Source of the DNA: Thermodesulfobacteriota bacterium
GTDB taxonomy: Bacteria > Desulfobacterota_D > UBA1144 > Nemesobacterales > UBA2774
DNA length: 64,000 nt
Assembly: GCA_965223335.1 (NCBI GenBank)
Contig: OZ244991.1
Coordinates: 2,176,001-2,240,000 of the forward strand
Direction of reading: 5' to 3'
Below, in pieces: positions 56,897 to 64,000 of this stretch. A program made the translations under genes and the position numbers. Numbering within the stretch: position 1 is the first letter of the stretch; every line of letters starts with the position of its first letter. The notes beneath the pieces were generated by a model. The model saw nothing but the letters and a program-made list of their open reading frames with translations, did no database searches and was not told where the DNA came from.

Positions 56897-59800
56897 ATGA
56901 ATTGTCCTGTTTGTCATAACAATAATCCTCCCGGAAATGTGTATTGCGGTATGTGCGGGAACCAGATTTCCGGTGTTAAGGAAGGTTTGCAAACCATTGT
57001 GAGCCCGCTTTTGGAGCACCGTCAGGTCTCGATATTGTTTAGCGACCTTTCGGGATACACCTCGCTCACTGAGGCAATCGATCCCGAGGTACTTCATGTA
57101 CTGGTTTACGAATATGAAGAGGCTGTTGAGCGTATAGTAAAGCTCTATAACGGCCACATAGCCAAGTACTTGGGTGACGGCATTCTTGTGTACTATGGAT
57201 ATCCCAAGGCGCACGAGGACGATGCCGAGAGGTGTGTGCGGTCGGGGATAGAGATTGTTGAAGCGGTAAACAGGATCAAGGAGCGGTTTGGTATTAGAAT
57301 TGGCAGTCTAAAGGAGTTGACGCTCAAGGCACATGTGGGTATTCATACAGGACAGCTTCTGGTGGGTGAGATTGACAGGTCGGACAGGCGTGAGCAGATA
57401 GCGATCGGCGAGACGATAAACATTGCATATAGGGTATGTGCGAGTGCCGGGCCAGACGAGGTTTTAATAACCGACGAGACTCATGGTGTAGTCGGGGGGG
57501 TGTTTAGCTGTACACACCTTGGTGAGCGCTCTCTAAAAGGTATTACAAACCCTGTGACACTTTTTAGGATTCTGGGGGCCGATGAACAGTTGAGCCGATA
57601 CGGCGCCAGATCGCGTGTGTGGTCCACTCCGTTTACAAATCGATCACATGAGACCGAAACAATCCGTGAAGTTCTAAACGGTAATAGAATTAAAGCCCTG
57701 TTTTTAAAGGGAGAGGCAGGCATAGGCAAGTCGCGTCTAGTGGTCGAGGCACTATCAGATGCCGGGGGTTATCGGACCTTGCAGTGTATCCCATATTATA
57801 GGAGCTATGCATATTTCCCGGTACTTGAATTTATTCGCACCGAACTCGAATTAAGCTCCGATACCCCTGTACAAGATAATATCGAGAGGCTAAGTGCAGG
57901 TATGGAGTCACTGGGTATGGATGTAGACGGCGATCTGCCGCTATTGGCGTTTTTACTGAATTTATCTACCCCCGAGGTCTACCCGCCTTTGGACCTGAGC
58001 CCCGTGAAATTCAAGGAGAGGGCGATAGAAATTTTAAGCTCGTTTCTGTTCGGGGCAGCAAAAAGAGACAATTCCATACATGTGTTTGAAGACCTCCACT
58101 GGTCCGACCCCTCAACGATAGAGCTAATAGGGCACATTTTGGATATAAATTCTTGGCACCGGTGCATTGTGGGGACCTACAGGCCCGAGTTCGAAAACCC
58201 ATGGCTGGACAAGGTTCATACAAAGGAGCTTGTGCTTGAGAGGTTGTCCGACACCGATGCCAAATCTATGGCCGAGGGCGTGGCCGGGGATAAAGATGTT
58301 GCAGGGTGTGCGTTATCGGAGCTTTTGCATAGGGCGCACGGTGTGCCGCTTTTTATAGAGGAGCTTACCAAATATGCTCTGGAAGCGGGGCAGAGCGGTG
58401 AAAATAAGAGGGCAGTCAAAGACCCGGGTGACCTGCCAATAACACTTAATGATTTCCTTATGGCGCGCGTGGACAGTGTCGCGGAATGGAAAGAGGTCGT
58501 GCATGTGGGTTCGGTGGTGGGAAGGACATTTCGCAAAGAGCACATCGCCGAGGTGCTGGGGGCTAGTAATGAAGCGCTTGACCAAGAACTGAACAGGTTA
58601 AGAGACGGGGATATTATATATGAACATTCATCAGACGAGGGGGCCGAGTATGAGTTTAAACACGCTCTTATACACGAGGCTGTCTACGGCTCTATCCTAA
58701 ACCGGTTAAAGGTTAAGTACCACCGCGAGTTTGCCGATATGATGGCTGAGGAGGCGTCGTCGGACCCGGTGTTATTGGCGCATCACTATTCGGAAGCCAA
58801 TGAGTATAAAAAGGCCGTGGAGTACAGGCTCGAGGCCGGAAGGACAGCGGCACAAAGGAGCGCGCTTAGAGAGGCAGTGGAGCACTTTGAGCAGGGGCTT
58901 GAGCTTATAGATGCGCTGGCGGAGAGTGAGGAGAGGGACGGAGTGGAGTTGGATTTGTTACTGGGGTTTGTGGAACCGGTTATATACACCGAGGGCTGGA
59001 GTTCGGAGAGGCTAGAGGGTGTATACACCCGTGCCCGGGAGCTTTGCATTAAATTAAAAAACCCTGAAAAAGAGATAACCGTGCTAAGCGGTTACTGGTC
59101 GTACCTGCAAATCAGGGCCGAGCAGAACGAGGCAGCCCGGATAGCCGAGAGGATGCTTAAAGCAGCGAAGAGGCTTGGCACTGATGTCCAATTATTCGAG
59201 GCACGCACAGCTTGTTTGGTAAATGATTATTATAGAGGCGAACACCTCGCATCAAAGCGGCAATTCTACGACGCTAAAGAGGTTTTTAATAATTTAATCA
59301 AAACCGGTTATACAAACTTAAACATGATTGCACTCTATCTTACTACGGGTGGAGTAGCAAACATGTTTGCGTTGGGGGAATTGAAAGAGTTGGCAAAGTA
59401 TAGAAATATATTTCTGGACATAGCTAAGAGGTTGGAAAACAAATTTATGATCGGATTTGCTCAACTCTCTTTTTCTGCTTCTAACGTGGCCCTGCGTTAT
59501 AAAGCCGAATCCTTAGCGTATCTCGAAAACGTCCTTAGGCTGTCTTACGAAGAGGGTTACCCCCACTTTATCTCTAATGCATTAATCCTAAGGGGCTGGG
59601 TGACCAGAGACGATGACCCCGATAAGGCATTACAAGACATAGAAACCGGGCTCGAGCAGTATAAAATGTCGGGTTCTGTATTGGATATGCCCAGGTATCT
59701 CGGCATGTATTCGGATGTGCTGGCGGCCAACAACAAGCTCGACGAAGCGCTTGATACAATTAATACGGCACTAAATCTAGTAGATGCCAACAATGATCGT

Positions 59801-60106
59801 TGCATGGAGACTGATATCATTAGACAAAAAGCCGAATTATTGTACAAAATAGACCCTAACAACCTGGAAGAATCAATCCGACTTCTAAAGCTGTCTGTTG
59901 AAACGGGTGAAAAGAAGTCTCAGCAAATACTTAAGCTGAGAGCCCTAGCTACACTCTGCCAAATGTGTGTAGAGAATAAATTAGCAGTAGAGGACTATAA
60001 GATTAAGCTTAGAGAGACATACAATTTGTTAAAAACAGATACAGATTTTCCCGACCTCATTCGCGCCCGTAAAATATTGAAAGCGTTTGGCGAGAAAATA
60101 GACTAG
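56897..60106 (+). CDS. Zinc-ribbon + class III adenylate/guanylate cyclase + STAND (AAA_16) ATPase + TPR-like protein
   Basis: CPVC..CGMCG; LFSDLSGYT, KYLGDG, GETINIAYR; GEAGIGKSRL, FEDLHWSDPST, GVPLFIEE, FKHALI. Confidence 0.92.
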   Translation: MNCPVCHNNNPPGNVYCGMCGNQISGVKEGLQTIVSPLLEHRQVSILFSDLSGYTSLTEAIDPEVLHVLVYEYEEAVERIVKLYNGHIAKYLGDGILVYYGYPKAHEDDAERCVRSGIEIVEAVNRIKERFGIRIGSLKELTLKAHVGIHTGQLLVGEIDRSDRREQIAIGETINIAYRVCASAGPDEVLITDETHGVVGGVFSCTHLGERSLKGITNPVTLFRILGADEQLSRYGARSRVWSTPFTNRSHETETIREVLNGNRIKALFLKGEAGIGKSRLVVEALSDAGGYRTLQCIPYYRSYAYFPVLEFIRTELELSSDTPVQDNIERLSAGMESLGMDVDGDLPLLAFLLNLSTPEVYPPLDLSPVKFKERAIEILSSFLFGAAKRDNSIHVFEDLHWSDPSTIELIGHILDINSWHRCIVGTYRPEFENPWLDKVHTKELVLERLSDTDAKSMAEGVAGDKDVAGCALSELLHRAHGVPLFIEELTKYALEAGQSGENKRAVKDPGDLPITLNDFLMARVDSVAEWKEVVHVGSVVGRTFRKEHIAEVLGASNEALDQELNRLRDGDIIYEHSSDEGAEYEFKHALIHEAVYGSILNRLKVKYHREFADMMAEEASSDPVLLAHHYSEANEYKKAVEYRLEAGRTAAQRSALREAVEHFEQGLELIDALAESEERDGVELDLLLGFVEPVIYTEGWSSERLEGVYTRARELCIKLKNPEKEITVLSGYWSYLQIRAEQNEAARIAERMLKAAKRLGTDVQLFEARTACLVNDYYRGEHLASKRQFYDAKEVFNNLIKTGYTNLNMIALYLTTGGVANMFALGELKELAKYRNIFLDIAKRLENKFMIGFAQLSFSASNVALRYKAESLAYLENVLRLSYEEGYPHFISNALILRGWVTRDDDPDKALQDIETGLEQYKMSGSVLDMPRYLGMYSDVLAANNKLDEALDTINTALNLVDANNDRCMETDIIRQKAELLYKIDPNNLEESIRLLKLSVETGEKKSQQILKLRALATLCQMCVENKLAVEDYKIKLRETYNLLKTDTDFPDLIRARKILKAFGEKID

Positions 60107-60437
60107 GTATAAAGGTAAATCTGATATATATACTTTCATTGCAGTGGGATATGCTGTATAGATCATGTATTACATTATATATTTGTAAATACTCTTCACT
60201 TACAATGAACCTTAATTCTTACAATCGTTCGTTGTTGAAGTAAAATTATTATTGAAACACCAAATTATTGTCGCTCTAACCTGCTGATATCACTAACCTA
60301 TTAATTGTAGTGACATATATTGACATAGATGACGATTAGCGGTATACTATTACGTAATACGACCATGATTACAATGTTTGTAGTATATATAGCTTATAAA
60401 TACTATAAAAATAGACAGTTGACGAGAGAGAATTATT

Positions 60438-61724
60438 TTGAAAAAAAGAATACTGGTAATGCCGGATGGAAACTGGCTGGCACATACAAGTAGACCGCTA
60501 GAGATAGCCAAGGTGCTTAGGGAAAAAGGGTATGAAGTGGTGTTTGCCGGCGAAGGCAGGTTCATGAGACTGCCCGAAGAGGCGGGCTTTCCCGTGTACC
60601 CGGTAAAGACCATTGACCCTGAATACGTGATGCATTTGGCACGCAAGGGTCGTGTGAACTGGTATTACTACGAATTGATAGACGAGCTTATAAACGAGGA
60701 GCTAAAGCTGTTTGAGGATATAAAGCCCGATCTGGTGCTATCAGACTTTAGGCTAACGCTGAGCACATCGTGTGAGCTGGCCGAAATACCCCTCGCAGTC
60801 ACGCTAAACGCCTCGTGGACCAACTATTACGCACTTATAGACAAGGCCCCAGAGCACCTGGGTATAACGAAAATACTGGGCAAAAAGCTCACAAACCTGC
60901 TAATGCCGTGGGCCAAGGACATTATGGTAAGCCATGACAGCAAGGCGTTTAAAAAGTATAGAGAGCAAAAGGGACTTAAACCCAACACAAACATTTGGGA
61001 CGTATGGGCCGGGGACCTTAACCTGATTACAGACATCCCCGAGTACGGCCCCACACGCGATTTACCCGCTAACTACCACTATATAGGACCGATCACATGG
61101 GAGGCCGACATCGAGCCGCCCAAGTGGCTCCGGGATATCGATCCCGCTACCCCTACCCTATACATCACAATGGGCAGCACAGGGTATGCGAAGTTCTTCG
61201 AGGTGGTAAAGGAGATCTTTGGCGACAGGGACTGCCAATGCATTGTTACCACAGGCGGGCTTACCGACACCGGGGAGTTCCCCGACAATTTTTTTGTAAC
61301 CAATTATGCCCCGGGCGACCTGTTGCTTGAGAAAAGCGACCTTGTTATATGCCACGGGGGCAACGGCACCATCTACCAGGCGCTCTACGAGGGAGTGCCG
61401 GTGATAGGGATTCCCACGATGCACGACCAGGAGTTTAACCTCCAGAGGGTCGAGGACTTGGGTGTGGGTATACAGCTTAGCGAGCTTAATTTTAAGCCCC
61501 AGCACTTAAAAGAGGCTGTAGAGAAGGTGCTTTTGGACCCGAGCTTTAAGATGAACGCAATGAAATATAAAGATATACTGAAAGATTACGACGGCCCGAG
61601 TCGAGGGGCCGAGTTGATAGATAAATATCTGTTCGAGATAGAGTTTAAGCGTCTTGCAAAGAAATTTAAGGACAGAGTAGAGGACCGTGTCTACGCTTAT
61701 GAGACAACGTTAGGCTGTGCCTGA
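60438..61724 (+). CDS. GT-B glycosyltransferase family 1 (MGT/UGT-like)
   Basis: LAHTSR catalytic His, YITMGSTG, ICHGGNGTIYQAL..GVP..DQ. Confidence 0.9.
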   Translation: MKKRILVMPDGNWLAHTSRPLEIAKVLREKGYEVVFAGEGRFMRLPEEAGFPVYPVKTIDPEYVMHLARKGRVNWYYYELIDELINEELKLFEDIKPDLVLSDFRLTLSTSCELAEIPLAVTLNASWTNYYALIDKAPEHLGITKILGKKLTNLLMPWAKDIMVSHDSKAFKKYREQKGLKPNTNIWDVWAGDLNLITDIPEYGPTRDLPANYHYIGPITWEADIEPPKWLRDIDPATPTLYITMGSTGYAKFFEVVKEIFGDRDCQCIVTTGGLTDTGEFPDNFFVTNYAPGDLLLEKSDLVICHGGNGTIYQALYEGVPVIGIPTMHDQEFNLQRVEDLGVGIQLSELNFKPQHLKEAVEKVLLDPSFKMNAMKYKDILKDYDGPSRGAELIDKYLFEIEFKRLAKKFKDRVEDRVYAYETTLGCA

Positions 61725-61801
61725 TATTGAGATTACCTACTCCCATTTCCCCACGGCGTCTGATATGTGTGGTTGGCGAAGAAACCTGTATAATAGTCCC
61801 T

Positions 61802-62524
61802 GTGAAAACTCCACTTAGTGCTAAATCCAGTATTGGGGAGATTAAAGAGAGATTTGAAGAGGATGTAGACCGGTTCTCTTCTTTAGAGACCGGCCAAGAG
61901 GCAATACCCGGAGCAAGGGTAATGCTAGAGCTCCTCTCCACTGCGGCTCATTCGCTTTGCCCCGCTGCCACGCACCTGCTGGATATAGGTGCTGGGGCTG
62001 GGAATAACGCCATAAAAATTGCAAGAAAGCTCCCGGGGCTCCACCTGGACCTGGTGGACCTGAGCCCCAGGATGCTAGAGCGGGCCAAGACACGTTTGGG
62101 TGACGAGGACACAGGTGAGGTGAGGCTATATGAGGGAGATTTTAGGGATATTTCACTAGAACAGGGGCGTTACGACATAATCGTAGCCGCCGCGGTCTTT
62201 CACCACCTTAGGGACGACCGCGACTGGGAAAACACCATGGCCAAGGTCTACGGGCACCTAAAAGAGGGGGGAGCGTTTTTGGTGAGCGATATGATAGGCC
62301 ACGAGATACCCCAAGTGCACGACATGATGTGGGAGGCCTACGGCGATTACCTGGTTGAGCTTAGGGACGAGGAGTACCGCGACGAGGTATTCCTTTATAT
62401 AGATAAAGAGGACTCGCCCCGCCCGCTCGGATATCAGTTCGAGCTATTAAAACGGGTCGGTTTCAGGGGTATGGAGATATTGTATAAAAATTCATGCTTT
62501 GCGGCCTACGCAGCCGTAAAGTGA
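61802..62524 (+). CDS. Class I SAM-dependent methyltransferase
   Basis: LLDIGAGAG, VDLSPRML, GDFR, VFHHL; start moved to GTG 61802. Confidence 0.88.
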   Translation: MKTPLSAKSSIGEIKERFEEDVDRFSSLETGQEAIPGARVMLELLSTAAHSLCPAATHLLDIGAGAGNNAIKIARKLPGLHLDLVDLSPRMLERAKTRLGDEDTGEVRLYEGDFRDISLEQGRYDIIVAAAVFHHLRDDRDWENTMAKVYGHLKEGGAFLVSDMIGHEIPQVHDMMWEAYGDYLVELRDEEYRDEVFLYIDKEDSPRPLGYQFELLKRVGFRGMEILYKNSCFAAYAAVK

Positions 62525-62561
62525 GTATAATTAAGTATAGACCCCCACTTGGGATGAGAGA

Positions 62562-63029
62562 TTGATCGATAATTACGAGGTACATGAATACGAGGCTGCT
62601 ATGACACCCGAGCTGGCCCGAATATATAAAGAGTCTATCATGGCCACGGTACCCGAGTACTATACAGAGGCCGAGGCATGTGTGTGGGCATCGTTTGCCG
62701 ACGACCAGAGTGGGTTTAGTGCAAAGCTCGCCGACGGCTATACGATTGTGGGCTTTAGCGGCCCAAGGCCCATTGCTTTTGGACAGTTGTTCCCCGAGGA
62801 CTATATAGCGCTACTGTTCGTCGAGCCCGAGTTTATGGGCCGAGGGGTGGGACGCGACCTCTACGAGAGGCTCGAGCTTAGGGCGCATGATTACGGTGTA
62901 GAGCATATAAGCACCCATGCGAGCCTTGCGGCCCGGGAGTTTTTCTTGAGCCGAGGTTTCCGTGTGAGGGGTGCTGAGGTCCTAAACAAGGACGGGGCAG
63001 AGCTCGAGAGATACGATATGGTTAAATGA
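62562..63029 (+). CDS. GNAT N-acetyltransferase (YafP-like)
   Basis: LFVEPEFMGRGVG, ASLAAREFFLSRGF. Confidence 0.88.
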   Translation: MIDNYEVHEYEAAMTPELARIYKESIMATVPEYYTEAEACVWASFADDQSGFSAKLADGYTIVGFSGPRPIAFGQLFPEDYIALLFVEPEFMGRGVGRDLYERLELRAHDYGVEHISTHASLAAREFFLSRGFRVRGAEVLNKDGAELERYDMVK

Positions 63030-63044
63030 TGAGTTGGTGGTACT

Positions 63045-63617
63045 ATGGGCTATAAGCGTAATTTCATTAATGTGGATTACAATCATCTAATCATGATATT
63101 GCTTTTGGTTGTGTGTGGCACGGTTTTTGGGAGCTATGCTGCGTCTGCGGACAACGTCGAGTGTCTGGACCAGAAGTACAAGGGCTACGCCGAGGTTAAA
63201 CGCGAGTTTCAAAACAAGCTTGCACTGCTTATAGCAGTTAAAGCCCCGCGCTACAACGCACTTGCCAATACCTATAAGAACGACCAGGTTAACTTGATCG
63301 AGCTAAACACGATTGCTGTAGAGTTTCTGCTCGATAATCACCCCGACAAAGTACACACCGACCGACCGCTTAACGAGTGGATAGAGCTTACCGATGAGCT
63401 TAGCTCTGTGATCGGTGTGGTAAACTCGCGGTTTCGCGAGCTCGCACTTTTGCGGGCCGAGGCAAAAACAAGGCCTGTGCATCCCGACGCCGCCGGGCTT
63501 CGTGAAGCAATGAAGGTAGATATACTGCCAAGCCCCGAGTATGTAGAGATTGTAAATGAGATGTCCACGCGAATTCTTGAGATTGAGCTACGGGAGTGTA
63601 ACGACAACGGTGCATAG
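63045..63617 (+). CDS. Hypothetical secreted protein
   Basis: Signal-peptide-like N-terminus, helical, one Cys near each end of the mature chain. Confidence 0.65.
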   Translation: MGYKRNFINVDYNHLIMILLLVVCGTVFGSYAASADNVECLDQKYKGYAEVKREFQNKLALLIAVKAPRYNALANTYKNDQVNLIELNTIAVEFLLDNHPDKVHTDRPLNEWIELTDELSSVIGVVNSRFRELALLRAEAKTRPVHPDAAGLREAMKVDILPSPEYVEIVNEMSTRILEIELRECNDNGA

Positions 63618-63680
63618 TTTTGTAGCGACACTGCACCCTACCCTAATATTGATGAGAGCGACTACCGGGATGTTTGAGGA

Positions 63681-64000
63681 ATGAAGAAAAAAAAGATATT
63701 GGTGATGCCCGACGGCAACTGGCTTGCACATACCACTAGGCCGTTTGAGATCGCCAAACACCTTAGACGTATGGGGCACAAGGTGGTGTTTGCCGGCGAG
63801 GGCTACTACATGAACCTGCCCCGCGCCGAACGTTTCGAGGTCCTACCCGCAAAGACCAAGGATTCCTCGCGTGTTCTCAATTGTGCCCGGAGCGGGCGAG
63901 TGAACTGGTACGACCGCGAGATCATAGAGGACCTGGTCGGGGCCGAGACAGAGCTTATAAACGAGCAAAAACCCGACCTGGTGCTGACCGACTTTAGGCT
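63681..64000 (+). CDS. Second GT1 glycosyltransferase, N-terminal part (runs off window)
   Basis: Manual translation MKKKKILVMPDGNWLAHTTRPFEIAK..VVFAGEG..GRVNWY..KPDLVLTDFR, paralogous to 60438-61724. Confidence 0.88.
   Translation, partial: MKKKKILVMPDGNWLAHTTRPFEIAKHLRRMGHKVVFAGEGYYMNLPRAERFEVLPAKTKDSSRVLNCARSGRVNWYDREIIEDLVGAETELINEQKPDLVLTDFR

Overview
64 kb of bacterial chromosome, mostly housekeeping and accessory metabolic genes from a diderm organism with many lipoproteins and c-type cytochromes (taxonomy cannot be fixed from the sequence). Recognisable loci: tRNA-Ser(GGA)-ffs-dnaX-ybaB-recR, rarA, three-gene pntAA/AB/B transhydrogenase, mepA, beta-carbonic anhydrase, split transketolase, a futalosine-pathway menaquinone cluster (mqnP-ubiX-ubiD-mqnE), mgtE, recO-argJ, ychF-pyrD, and an adenylate cyclase-STAND-TPR protein followed by two paralogous GT1 glycosyltransferases. 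I saw no transposase, integrase, reverse transcriptase, phage gene or CRISPR array. The most striking unexplained signal is non-coding: five co-oriented intergenic loci (about 36.0, 48.5, 51.4, 52.9 and 56.4 kb) built from shared, shuffled modules. These include GGGG..CCCC and GTAG-headed REP-like palindromes, an H-type pseudoknot and a ~125-nt rod. Between copies, the pseudoknot and rod helices are rewritten with compensatory changes while the loop motifs stay fixed. Other notable items: a 1037-aa lipoprotein fusing a cytochrome P460-like domain to five more haem-c motifs, a secreted truncated globin on a long acidic tether, two tandem orphan paralogues, a secreted 11-Cys protein and a separate candidate ncRNA at 52.3 kb. 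All calls are by eye; no searches were run.
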